Below are positions 23,396-36,423 of a DNA stretch of 64,000 nucleotides, one piece after another; the first letter of the stretch is position 1; every line of letters starts with the position of its first letter. The position numbers and the translations under genes were made by a program. The notes below the pieces were generated by a model. It had not been told where the DNA came from and made no database searches. It worked only from the letters and a program-made list of their open reading frames with translations. The stretch comes from Octopus sinensis (taxonomy: Eukaryota): contig NC_043023.1 of assembly GCF_006345805.1 (NCBI RefSeq), positions 17,918,001 to 17,982,000 of the forward strand, read 5' to 3'.

Positions 23396-24054
23396 CCGCC
23401 TAACCTATTTCTCTCTCTCTTTCTCTCTCTCTCTTCTCTCTCTCTCTCTCTCTTTATGTTGATTATTTTCAACCATCACCATCACCAGTACCACCACCAT
23501 CACCACCACAACTGCCATACAGACACCATCATCAATGCCTTTGACTTGGCCGCCTTCCGCTCCACCACTGTCTTTCACATCGCTAACGATCAACACTGCT
23601 CCAGCTAGCAATACAAACACCATTAACACCATCGCCTCTGCCTCTATCACAACTACGGCATATACTATTACTATCACCTCAACAGGAGCAGCATTCGGAA
23701 TGTTAATGAGTAGTGGGATGGGGATTCGAAATGTGACTCACTGACACACGATTTTCGCATTTATTATATTAGATGTATATATATATATATGTGCATATGT
23801 GTGTGTGTGTGTGGTGTGTGTGTGTGTGTGTGTATGTATAACAATATAATAAATAAATAAAATATATGCATATATACGTACATATATGTACATACTTATA
23901 TCTACATGTATATATACAAGCATATATATATATTTATGAGTACAGGATAACACAACGTGAAACGAAAACAAAATCAAACAAAAAAAACGGACTTTTTTTA
24001 ACAACGAAAAAACAGAGTACAGGACAAACAATGCAAGGAAAATTCCCCTTCATC

Positions 24055-26630
24055 AGCTGTCCCTGGTTCGGCTCAATGCGTGTTTCGAAGGTAAGGACAG
24101 AACACGGCCAGACCGAAGCAATCCTTCCTGCAAGAAAGTCGTCGCACTTTCACTTCTCTAATCCTCTATAGAAAGCTAAAGTGCACGTTCCACCTATTGC
24201 AGTGCCCGACTAGCTGAGAGCTGTGAGCGCTTGAAGACATTCCACCTTCCAAATGTCTCCTCTCGGTCACTCTTTTACCGAGGACTGAAGCTCTGTTAAA
24301 GAAACTAGCTGCGGAAATGTGTGTCTGGCGAACGGTGATAACATCTCTTCACCGTCAAGCACTTGAAATGTAGCCTCAGCGCATACCTGCGCATCATTCA
24401 CCACGGCTTATCCAGGACACCACGCAGCGGGTGTTGACAGCAGATATACCACCTGAACTTCGGGACGCATCCTTTCCACAAGAAGCGGGAGAGTATGCGC
24501 TCCAGCATAATCAGATAATGGCCTGGACAAGACACGGCGGTGAAGCGATAGTAGACGGCGGACACGATATACGCGTTAGCCACCTCTGCCCGACATTTCA
24601 GGAATAGCTTTCTCTCGGCCCATTTCCGGGTGAGAGTAGGCACCCAGCTCGTTACCTCGTCCCAGTTTCTACCCATTTGCTGGTCCGGAGCAAACCACAC
24701 CTCCAACAATTTAACCGATCCGTCCGGTGCCGAAAGACGCAGTTCGATGGCATGGACTTGTTTCTCTATGGTGCTGAACCGCAAGTCCACTGATTTTTCT
24801 GGTTAATTGTCACCTCTGAAACTGCCTCGTAGACCTTGAAAGCGGTGCGGGCCATGTTTATGTTTCATGATCCGACACCACTACGGTGACGTCACCGGCA
24901 TGTCCCGACATGAATCTCCCAATTCCTAGGTCACGCTGAATGCTTATCAAAACTTCCACTTTGTGTATTAGTTGATCGAGAGTCAGTACATGCAAGAGAG
25001 TCGAGAGGGGTAACCTACTCGGACCGAGCGCATGATGTTGAACGGTTGTGATAGGTGACATTCCACTCTGACCACTGAACCGATATCGATGTGTCGCAGC
25101 GATCCAGCCAATGAATGCAGGCCCAAAACAAACTGCTTTGAGGAACCGCCGCCACGTATAGATTGTCGACCTGATCAAATGCTTTAGAGTGATCTAAATT
25201 AATCAGAGCGCCATGCGTGTCAGTTTCTTTAACCACTTTCTCACAGATGTATCGCATAAGGTGGAAGTTATGGATGGATTATCTCGGGAGGGTGCAAGTC
25301 TGGGCCACCCCTACCAGATACCCGACGACAAGCGCCAACGTGGTAGCTAACACTTTAGCCAAAATTTTGAACTCTGCATTCAGCAGAGATATAGGCTTTA
25401 ATCTGTCAATACATTCCCCCTTGTTCGGTTCTTTTCTCAGCAAGGCCACCGCTGCTCGGCTCTCAAAACTGGGAATCCTCCAATTCTGTTATCAGTTGTA
25501 GTAAACTTTTGCTAAAAGGTCGCAGAACAAGTTTGGTATGTAAGCATAAAGCTCGTAGAGAAGACCATCCAAACCAGGGGTTTACTCCTCATGCTGCCAG
25601 CCATTGCCTCCCGTATTTCAAAGGCAGTTATCAGCCTTTCGCAGCTCTCCGCCTATGTCGCCGAGAGCCGCGGCAGCCCTTCGAGTTAAGATGTGAAATT
25701 CATCCTGAGGTCCGGCTCGCCGCTCCTCTCAAGCATTGAACGAAGCGCAGATGAAAGGTAGCTCACGTCCGTTTCGTATCAATTATTATTTGCCGGTCAT
25801 GGTTCAACAAGGATCATAACGTGGATTTATTGCAACGGTGTCCTTCTGCCACTCAGGCACATTATACGGCTTTCGGCCCTTTGTGTCTAAATGTTCGTGC
25901 CTTATCTCTGACAAAGCAACCTTCGTGTTTCACGTTGAAGAATTGGTCGACTCCTAATCTCGCTTCGAGCATGTTGGTCACAAAGCCTCTACTTTATTTC
26001 TTTCTGCTGCTGGGGACTTGTTAAATCTTATCGGTTCTAATAACCCTTTTTTAGGGCGAATCACCATTTAATGTTGATTATTGTCCCCGTCAAGGCCCTC
26101 TTAATCAGTTCACTAATCCTATCTCTGAAATGTTTGTGCGCTGGCAACGAAATGTTCAGCTTCCAGCAACCGGGTTCCTGTCTATGAAGCGTGCCTAAGT
26201 CGACAGTACAGTTCACAAATGCGTGGCCTGTGTAGTCGACTACTTTAAATTGTGGACAACCTATGCTATCCTAATCTACTACTTTACAGAATACTCTATC
26301 TAGATACGATATAGATGACCCGATGTTGCTTGACCAGGTCCATACTGGTACATCATGGAGATCCAGTCGATATCTGCCAGACAGTTGGAATCATCTGAAC
26401 AGGTTTGCAAGGCTTTTGCATCCTTCTACGTACCATATCTTAGGTCTAAAATTCCATTCAAATACCCCATTAATACTAAAGAGCGATCGTTCCCTGGAAA
26501 GTTTCCAAACGTCTGAAGAAATCAGGTCGTTCTGCCCCTGTCGGGCAGAGAGGGCAACTGGCCTGAAAGTATGCCCTTCACTGCCTGTCACGTCGAGAAC
26601 CACCGACTTAATTTCCGGATCCAGGGAGAT
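24055..26630 (-). mobile_element. Old Tx1 ORF2 remnant (F), truncated at both ends
   Basis: Fragments GALINLDHSKAFDQVD, KLLEVWFAPD...ANAYIVS, VLDVTGSEG. The RT catalytic motif reads HAGD. Confidence 0.85.
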
Positions 26631-26639
26631 CGTCCGTAT

Positions 26640-27480
26640 TCCACACCAAACACATAAAAATAAACATACCCTTTAACCTAGCGAAAAAAATCTGCACCTT
26701 AGTTTCCGATACATACATCGTGAACATAGACTTCTTGAAATTAGATCTACACTAACTAAAAGACATTACCCAATCACATTAGTAAATGAAGGCATCAAAA
26801 GAGCTAAGTTAATAGATATACAAATGTTAAGGAAAACTAGCCGAAATGTTAAACGAGACTTAAAAATACTCCTGTACATTTCCCCACATAACCCTAGAAA
26901 CGACGAAGCCTTCAAAATTATCACCCAAAATCTTCCCATCCTCACAGCAGACAAAACAATGAACGAAATTTTTAGCTCATATAAAATTATAAAAAGCAAA
27001 AAGCAACCGAAGTCACTAAAAAATTATTAACCAGCCCTAGACTGTATCCACTAGCAACAGAGCCAAACGTGACAAAATGTGGACGTTCTAACTGTGGAAC
27101 ATACCTCCACCTCCTGGAGGGTTCAGAATTCTAATTCAAACAAGGAGAAATATTTAAGATCAAATAAAATTTCACCTGCGCCTCAGTAAATGTAATCCAT
27201 GACATGACATGCATAGGATGTGGTAAACTCTATATTGGACAAAGAGGAATTTCGCTCCGTCAAAGAATCACCATTCACAAAGAGCAAATCCTTCACCCAC
27301 AATACAGACAGTTAAAGGTGAGTGAACACATAGGAGGTGTTCCAGGAATCCTAATCCCAATTCCCAAATATTTCCCTTTTACCAATGTTCACAGAACATC
27401 ACAATGTAACAAAGGTTGAATACAGAGGCATTTTTCATCAATAAATTTCTCCCCCAACTAAATATGAACACACAATTCAA
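26640..27480 (+). mobile_element. Penelope-like element 3' part (RT C-terminus + GIY-YIG), decayed
   Basis: ORFs 26824-27030 and 27204-27419 (CIGCGKLYIGQ...RITIH). Confidence 0.8.
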
Positions 27481-28126
27481 TACAGAACACCACTAATTCT
27501 TAAATTGAAACCACTAACCCCTATACACCCCCTACACCACTCACATCTCTAAATCCAGAACTACTTACCTCCCTTACAAATAATACAGAACTACTTACCT
27601 CTCTTACAAATAATCTTTTTTCTCAGGAACTATTAGACCTGACACCGTGTATTAGCCGGTGTTTTTCAAGCGATGAATAGCTTTGAGTAAACCATAGTTC
27701 GCTTTGTTCTCTTACTTTATTATCATTTTATAATCATCTCATAATGACTTTTATGAATCTAATCACTACCTCAGTCAATCAAAATGTATATATTTGTCGT
27801 TACCTGTCATAAAAAAACTTTTTTATTTGCAATGTGCATTTTCGTTGATTTTTCATATTTTACCTTTGCATTTCCACGTGTATTTTATATTTTCTTTTTG
27901 TAACATATTTCTACTATATATATATATATATAGATGAGTGTATTTTTACCTTGTTAACAATTAACCCGGGATAAATGAATAGTTACCAGGGTAGCAAAAA
28001 TCTCACAAGTAAAGCGGTTGTAACTCCTTGTTTATAAAGGTAGAAACTTCATTTTTATGTGCAATTGTTTGTATAATATATGAATAAATAAATGGAGTTT
28101 AACGCTGGTATAAATCAAATATTTTT

Positions 28127-28214
28127 ACTTTCGACACATGTTTCGAAAATTCCACTGATACCATTCAAAAAGGATAAACGGTATAAACAATGCAATTTTT
28201 TTCTTCAGGAAAGT
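28127..28214 (-). ncRNA. Type I minimal hammerhead ribozyme, stem II closing pair mutated
   Basis: ACTTTC-CTGAAGA-(A-rich stem II)...AATTTTC-GAAA-CATGT-GTC-GAAAGT. Confidence 0.65.
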
Positions 28215-29880
28215 GAAAAAACGAAACTCGTCAATACGAAATTTTAGCAAAAGATGATGGATTTGTATAGCAATTAACTGAATGCTATTAATATTATTGA
28301 AAAAAACCTTATATGATATAACGTCAGAAGTAGCTTATAGAAAGAGCAGGGATATTAATAGTGAAGGTTAAATATAAAGGAAATTAAAGTTTAAAATATA
28401 TATAATGATAGAGACTACTTATATGCACTAAAGGTGCCAATGTTTACATCTGTATGCACGCTCTATTACCGTGTTTACCAGGGGATTTTTAGAAAAAATA
28501 ACGAAAAATAGCTCAGAATTACAGAGAAGACAGAATTCCTTACCTTTGTCATAAGGTATCGAGATTGAGAGAATCAACCATTCTAAATGAAATTGTTCAT
28601 TGTGGTCTTTTAGATTCCAAATTTGTTTGCTGAGACCGGTACTATTACGTTTATTTCTATCTCTAAATGTTGAGTAATGGATAGAAATTTTTTTAGATAA
28701 CTCTAATGATGTGCTTCCAATGTAAAATCGTACTTTATTACGTGTACTGATTATACACTGCTATATAGAATTTTTAATCTTAAAGTTACTTGACATAAAC
28801 TTAATTCTATTGGAATTGACTTCAGATACAATAACCTTGTTATTAATATTCCTAGAGGGTTGGATAATATTAGCTAAATTAATGTTAATATTAGTAACTG
28901 TATTAATATTGAACAGTTTGTTATTATGTGAAGAGATAATTTGTAAGATATTTTTTTGTGTTGGAAAACCGATCCTAACCGTATGTGAATTGATAATAGA
29001 GTAATACCTAGAATTTTTTGGAAAATTCCTAACAATAGCTTGACGAAACAGCAGTGGGAGACCAGATTCAATTTGTCTCCCGTAGGGAATTATTAACCAA
29101 ATATTTTTACTAGTATTTATAGCGTAATTGTTTTTGAAAGTGTTATATTTACTTTTAGAACGATACTAGGGGATTAAATATCACCCTTCATTCGCTTTGT
29201 AGCGGTACATAAGTTATGATTGTTATCAATAATTATTTTACGACTAGAAATCTTATCTACATTATTGAATTTACAATTTGACAGAGTAGAATCAATGTAG
29301 AAAATTTTCTCTATATAACCTGCTTTAATTAAGGCAGAGTTATAGAATTCAGCATTATAATTGAAAATATAAACATTAGCAGATAATTTAGATAATCTAT
29401 ATGAAATATTCTTAACTAAGTTCTTAGTAATTGCTCTAGGATGATTACTAAATTTGCTAATGTACTTAAGATTGGTCAACGGTTTACGATATGGGAAGTA
29501 TGAGTCACTGTGTAAATTAAGCGTAATATCCAAAAAGTTGGCCTTCGTCATATCGTCATCAAAAACGATTTTAAGCCCATTCTACTGACAAATTTAACTA
29601 AACAATTCTTAACTTTTAGTACCGTTTGGTTGGAAACATTTTGGAGGTAAAGCAAACACACCTTTAGTGCATATAAGTAGTCTCTATCATTATATATAAT
29701 TTAAACTTTAATTTCCTTTATATTTAACCTTCACTATTAATATCCCTGCTCTTTCTGTAAGCAACTTCTGACGTTATATCATGCAACGTTTTTTTAAATA
29801 CTATTAATAGCGTTTAGTTAATTGCTATACAAATCCATAATTATTTGCTAAAATGTCGTATTTTCGAATTTCGTTTTTTC

Positions 29881-29966
29881 ACTTTCCTGAAGAGAAAATT
29901 GCATTGTTTGTAATGTGTATCCTTTTGAATGTTATCAGTGGAATTTTCGAAACATGTGTCGAAAGT
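29881..29966 (+). ncRNA. Type I minimal hammerhead ribozyme with intact core, predicted cleavage after C29960
   Basis: Stem I ACTTTC/GAAAGT, core CTGAAGA, stem II GAAAATT/AATTTTC, GAAA, palindromic stem III ACATGT, GTC site. Located in a PLE pLTR. Confidence 0.8.
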
Positions 29967-30007
29967 ATAAATATTTGATTTACACTGCGTTAAACTCCAT
30001 TTATTTA

Positions 30008-30049
<42 letters not shown>

Positions 30050-30291
30050 AACTCATGAACTCATGTATACAGTAAATGTTACCCGTTAATTTTCATACAC
30101 CCATAAATCCCAATTCTCAGGAATTGGCCCTCATATTCCAAGACATTCATACAAAAGAGCACACACTTTGGACAGAGGTAGATAGTGAAGGTAAAGACGT
30201 GTGAAGGAGCATAAAATGAAGTATGGGAAGACTTAAACATTTAGAAATATAACGTCCATGAAATACTATAAACAAGAATGTTTCAACTTAC

Positions 30292-30363
30292 AGTATACTT
30301 AAACTCAAAAGATTTTGGAATGTTTCTGCTTTGACTTCCTTGATGTCATTACCATCCAAATCT
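30292..30363 (-). CDS. 72-bp LRR exon (x-DLDGNDIKEVKAETFQNLLSLSI-L), phase 2/2
   Basis: tattttacag / gtaagttgaa boundaries, 72 bp, LRR consensus. Confidence 0.88.
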
Positions 30364-31352
30364 CTGTAAAATAAATATTTAGCTCAGAAGAACTTGTGTG
30401 GAAGACACATGTGTAACAGAATAGCTAATCAATTATGACTAAACAATTAAAAGAAAACATGGAATATCAATCACGATGATGATAAACTGGATGATGAAAA
30501 TGATGATGATGATGATGATGATGATGAGCATGAGGATGAAGTTGACTATGATGATGAGGGTGATGACGATGGTGATGATGATGACGATGATGATAATTGT
30601 GGTGGTGGTGCTGGTGGTGGTTGTGGTAATGATGAATATGTTGACGAGGCAGAGGAGAAGAAAATATGGTGGTGGTGCTGATGACGAAGAAGTTATTATG
30701 CTGATGATTGAGGTGATGTTGTTAATGTCGATTCTTCTGATAATGATGGGGGTTAGTATGTCTATGATGGTGCCGAGTATAATATGGATGATGATAATGT
30801 TGTTGGTTGGGATGTTATTGTTAGCGATGACGATGTTTGTGTTGAAGATTCTGCATCTGATCGCGGTGTTTTATGATAATTAATGATTTTGATGATGAAA
30901 CGGGCGGTGAGAAAATTGACGATGATAATTAGAAGGAAAAGGACAGAGGAAAAAGAAGAAGAAGAAAAAGAACAACAACATGGAAAAAAAGAAGTAAAGA
31001 TGATGTTTAAAAATTAGCGTATGAATAATTTAGTTCTGAATAAGCAGCTACAACGATTATACAAGGATGTTATTTAGCGTCCATCTAGAAATAAAGTTCG
31101 TACGTGTCAATATTCTCGCATACCAAGAGATATACATATGCATGCAGTCAGTGTTTTCCCTGATGTATCATGCTCTCATATATCCCGTATCACAGAAATG
31201 GGTCCACAATCACAATCACCGACATTCATAAACAATGAAATACATCTTTGGAAAGACGGAATTGGGAGCTTAAATGGAAGGATGAGAAGATGTTGCATAT
31301 TTAGGAATATACCGTCAATGAAATACTAGAAAAGAACATTGATTCAACTTAC

Positions 31353-31424
31353 AGATATGATAACCTGGAAAGATTACTGAAGGTTCCTATTTTGATTTCC
31401 TGGAGGTTATTATCCCACAAAACC
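31353..31424 (-). CDS. 72-bp LRR exon (x-VLWDNNLQEIKIGTFSNLSRLSY-L), phase 2/2
   Basis: tatgttccag / gtaagttgaatc boundaries, 72 bp. Confidence 0.88.
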
Positions 31425-31989
31425 CTGGAACATAAAATTGAGGAAAGAAGAAATTTTATGTAACAGATTTGACAAAATTTATAATATTATGGCTTATCAA
31501 TTAGATAAAGGTAGAGAGGGAAAGGAAACTACGATCATGATGAACTTGATGATGATGATGATGATGATGGTGATAATGTTGCGGAGAAGTGATTAATATT
31601 ATGATTAGGTAGAAGTGAAGAAAATATGGCGTTAGTTTTGATGACGAAGATGTTATGTTGTTGAATGGGGGTGATGTTGTTAATGTTGATTACTCTTTTA
31701 ATGATGGTGATTAGCATGTTTATAGTGATAAGGAGTATGACATTGATGCTGATGATGTTGGTGGTGATATTTCTCTTGGTGTTGATGACGATGATGTTGA
31801 AGATGTTGCATCTGATCGCCATGTTTCATGGTAATGAATGATGTTGATAATGAAGAGAACGATGAAGAACTTGATGATGTTGAAGATTGAGGAAGATAAA
31901 AATGAAGACAACAATGATGACAGTGATGACAAGAAGGACGAAGACGTCAATAATGAAAGTGGTGGGATTGGGGGTGATGAACATTTTAG

Positions 31990-32560
31990 AGATATTATGT
32001 GAATGGGGAAACAAGCAAATTATGAAGAAAGCATGTAAAACAGAAAGTGAAAAGCACACCAAAAGGAAAGAAGGGGAAGGAGAATAAGAACAAGAACATG
32101 AAGAACAAGAGGAAGAGGGGGAAGGGTAGGAAGAATAAGATAAAAAAGAAGAGGAAGAAGAAGGAGAAGAAGAGAAAGAAGGAGAGGAGGAAGTAGAAGA
32201 AGAGGAAGGAAAAGAGGAAGAAAGAGAGGAAGTAGGAGAAGAAGAAGAAGAAGAAGAAGAAGAGGAGGAGGGGAAGAAGAAGAAGAAGAAGAAGAGGAAC
32301 AGCAACAACAAACAAAGAGGAAGGAGAAGAAGAATAGGAAGAAGAAGGGAAGTGGAAGAAGATGAAGTAGAAAAAGAAGAAGAACAGGAAGAACAGCAAC
32401 AACAAAAGAAGAGGAAGAAGAAAAAGAAGAGGAAGAAGAAGAGGAAGTGGAAAAAGACGAAGTAGAAGAAGAAGAATGAGAGGAAGTAGAAGGAGAAGAA
32501 GAAGAAGGAGAAGAAGAAGAAGAACAAGAAGAGGAGGATGAAGATAACAAAAGAATGTGT
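31990..32560. repeat. (AAG/GAG)n purine-rich low-complexity tract; similar tracts at 37100-37560 and 38750-39150, and the complement at 56830-57060
   Basis: Seen directly. It recurs at the same position in each LRR exon-intron unit. Confidence 0.9.
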
Positions 32561-32644
32561 TTAAAAATTAGAGAATGAATTATGTAGTTCTAAATATACT
32601 TGTATTAGAGAAAGTCTGGAATGGCAATCAGTTTTGATCTAGAG

Positions 32645-35342
32645 TAGTGTCCCTTAACCTTTATACTACCAGGAATTAGTCCTTCTTTCCACGACCCCGC
32701 TGCATCTATGATTAAAAGTCCCTCCCAGATTTTAAATAAAATATAAACTATGCTTTTAGTGATTTTCTTTAATACGATTAGTATTAGTATTCTTGAATGC
32801 TTGGTTGAATACCAGGGAGTTCACAATGGAAGTTTCTTTCGACGTTCAGCCTGTTTCTGTACTTGACCTTGACTGCAACGAGCCTGGAAAATGCAGCCTC
32901 ACATAGCCTCGTGGATCTACACATAGCTAAAATCCGAAGAATCTGATGTGAGATTAGAGGCTAAGTAAGAAGGTACTAGATCCATAACGCTTTAAGATCT
33001 CCCTTAGCTCAGGGTTTGAACTTCAGCTCAAGAAAGTGCTCTTGCACTTCATGCAAATCATCAGTCACTTCACACTGAAATAAGTTCCTGATGAATATCC
33101 AAGCTTCACCCTTTTCATCTACATCTGAGAAGCATTTGATGAATTCAATTTTCAAGTTAGATGAGTGATTATTTGTTTCTTTAACTCAGAATCAAAGTTA
33201 CCCTGGATGAGAGCAAAATCCAAGTAACTAAAACTGGCTGTATTTCCTCGCTGAATTCGATATTTTCAGAGATCGAGTTTCATCATGAAGGTTCGAATGA
33301 TGTCATGGTATGTGAGAATGTTGATGTTTTACCGTTGTAGTTTAAAGTCGGGATCATTCTCTAGCATACCTGTCCGCCAGGTATGCTAGAGATAGCTGAA
33401 AGCCTTCAGACTAGAAATTGTCATGGAGATCTGCCTTCGGTTGCAAATCTAGAAGTATCACTACTTCTCGTCGTTCATTAAGCTGTCCAAGCATGTTCCC
33501 TTTTTGATCGCCATCGCACATGCGTGTGAGAAAGCGATGCTTCCTTTCAGAATCCATATCTTTACACAGCAGTTTAAAAAGACGACTGTTTAGGCTCCAC
33601 CTTTAACAAAGTTGACAACCTTGATAGCCACGTTCAGGAGTTTTCTAATTTCAGTAGGGAAGGTTTTGGATAGTAAGGCTTCACGATGAAGTATGCAGTG
33701 GGTACTACAACAGATGAAGTTTTTTCCTTCACTCTAGCAATGAATCCAGACTGCAAACCAAGCATGACCGGAGCTCCATCAGTACACACTTTTACCTGGT
33801 CCAGAATTTGATCTTTGATGTTTTCAGACAAGTCGTCGATCCTTCACTTGACTGTATCATTTGATAGTGAAATCGGGGAAAGCTTGTATGCACTATCTTT
33901 CCCCTGAACGAGTTCTGCTGCATGTAGTAGACTTGGTTTTAGGAGAGACTCTCCGATATTATGGCTCTTCTTGCTCTTTGCAATCAACATGGCGATCTCA
34001 TAGGAAGTCTCGACAATTATTGAAATTTGTTGCCGAAATGCCCCACTACTGTCAAACCTAGCTTGCTTCAAGAAACTTCTTTTTGTTTCAGAGAATGTCT
34101 TGAGCTTGTCTGCAAGAGCAGGATGTGTCGTCCTCAAGTGGCATTCCAAGCGTGAGGGTCGCATTCCATCATTGATCAAAGGTTTGTAACATACCACACA
34201 CTGGGGAACTTCTGTGTCACCTGTTTAGAGGGACACGAATCCAAATCGAAATATATTCGTCAAGATACTTCGATTACTCTGCACTCATTGCGAATTATTT
34301 CATGTGCAGTGGACAACAGAAATATGTGAACAAAAGGTAAGACACGCGAAAGGTTATCTCAAGACCAAGTTGGAACATTTTGAGTAAAAAGTTCTGATTT
34401 TTTTTTTATATTTGGAGTAAAAGAACAGTTATACGAAACATTTGTACAATAAAATGTTGTAGTTTTTGTACGAAAATATAAAAAAACGTTTCTTGAGAAA
34501 AGAACACATTTTGCATAGGTTTTAGTCTTACCTAGTACTTTCTGTAATATTTAAGTTTGATTTTAGTTTAACATTTGGCTTTATATTATAATTATTTTCT
34601 TACGAACGTGTGTACTATATCTTTCACATAAGCATTTAATAATAACAATTTTGGTTTTATTGCCAATATTTTTTTTCTAATGTGTGTTTTAATTGTTTTG
34701 AGACTTTATTAAATTGAGAAATAGTAGAATCTATTATTTCTGTTTTATTTCCTATTTTTAAATATATAATACTTTTGATCTTCCTAATATTTTAAATAGT
34801 TTTCAATTTTTAAAATTAAGTTAATATTTCTTAGTATGTTACTATAATGATTTGATAATGTTTCAGCATGTCTCTTGATTTTTAAGAATCACATTATTTC
34901 ATATATATGAAAACTGTGGATCAAACTTGTTTATAATCTATTAACTGGAAAAGATGTTAATAGTATCTATGCCTTGTAGCTGGGGTTCTTAACCTGAGTC
35001 TTGTTGTAACAACACAAAAAATAAAAGGCAAAATTTAAAATGTTAAAATATAGGCAAATGTTAAAGCTACAATTCAGAAATAAGTGAGGGTTTTGAAGGA
35101 TATGAAGAGGGGTCAACAATTACAGAAAATGGTGAGTGGCGCTAAGATAGTAGAATAAGAAGACTAAGAAGGCGATAATTTTGCATTTTTTCCATAAACT
35201 TGTCATTATTTGACCATGTTCTCGTTAAGAAAATAACATATAATTAGGGAAAATTCTACTTTTTCGCAAGCGGTCGCGCTCCCTTCAGAGTTACTAACGC
35301 ACCCCCTGACCCAGGGGGCGCGCTCCAAGTTAAGAACCACTG
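32645..35342 (-). mobile_element. hAT DNA transposon (Buster/Charlie type), ~2.7 kb, decayed transposase
   Basis: TIRs CAGTGGTTCTTAAC / TAGTGTCCCTTAAC. 8-bp TSD ATCTAGAG (32637-44) / ATCTCGAG (35343-50). ORFs with MRPSRLECHL, SYEIAMLIAKSKK, VCTDGAPVMLG. Confidence 0.9.
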
Positions 35343-35557
35343 ATCTCGAGGTAAACAACCTACATGATATAGACACTGAATTACACACTAATTTTTATAC
35401 ACTCCCATTCACTCATCCATACACCGAGACAGGTATTTATATATAAACACAGGTATGCATTAAATATGCCTCCTCAAGTGTCACACTGATATATATATAT
35501 ACCACCTGTCAGAAATGCTACCACACTCACAGTCACAATCATTCGCAAACATCCCTT

Positions 35558-35607
<50 letters not shown>

Positions 35608-36351
35608 TACTTTAGATATAGAGGGCTGAGGGTGCTTAAAAGGATGGATGAGAATATATCAAATATTTAGAAACCTATCGTCAATGAAATCCTGTGAACA
35701 AGACTTACACTGTTAATGAATGATGTTGATGATGATGAGGACGATGACGAAATTGATGTTGTTGATGATCGATACAGATAACAATGACGACACGAAAGTG
35801 ATCAGGACGACAACAAAAAAATCGCTATTAATAATGGGGGCGAGGAGGAAGAGAAGTAATAGAAGAAGAAGAAGAAGAAGAAGAAGATGAAGAAGAGGAA
35901 GAAGAGAAAAAAGAAGGAGGAGGAGGAGAACGATGACAACAACAACAACAAGTAAAGACTATGTTGAAGCATCAGTGTATGAATAAAATAGTTCTAAATA
36001 TACAAGCACAAAGAATATTCAAAGATGTTTTTTAACGTCGACCTAGATGTATTCATCGTACATAATATACACACCGTATTACAAACGCACGTGTTAATAC
36101 ACTGCCATACACTCATTCATACACAGACATTACATATGCATGCACTAAATATTTCTCCTCAAGTATCACACTCGCATATATCCCAAATCTCAGAAATGGG
36201 CCCACACTCACATACACACAGATTGAGAAGCAATAAAATACATCTTTAGAAAGACGGATGTCGGTGCCCTAAATGGAAGGATGGGAAAATATTACAGATT
36301 TACAAGTATATCATCAAGGAAATACTATAAAAGGAAACAGATTCAACTTAC

Positions 36352-36423
36352 AGTCTTGTTAAATTGGACAGATTTTGGAATGTTCCTACTTTTATTTCTT
36401 GGATATTATTATCCCTCAAATTC
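36352..36423 (-). CDS. 72-bp LRR exon (x-NLRDNNIQEIKVGTFQNLSNLTR-L), phase 2/2
   Basis: tatgttccag / gtaagttgaatc boundaries, 72 bp. Confidence 0.88.

Larger units (their letters stand above)
28078..30014 (-). mobile_element. 5'-truncated Penelope-like element flanked by ~355-bp inverted pLTRs (28078-28436 and 29659-30014)
   Basis: ORF 29174-29551 (FLDITL...SNHPR) is a PLE RT thumb. A FYIGST GIY-YIG-like motif lies near 28720. The flanks are reverse complements of each other. Confidence 0.85.

Noticed and set aside
27620-27710. Possible hammerhead downstream of the 26.6-kb PLE
   Set aside because: Stem I-like arms are present but the CUGANGA and GAAA cores are not recoverable.
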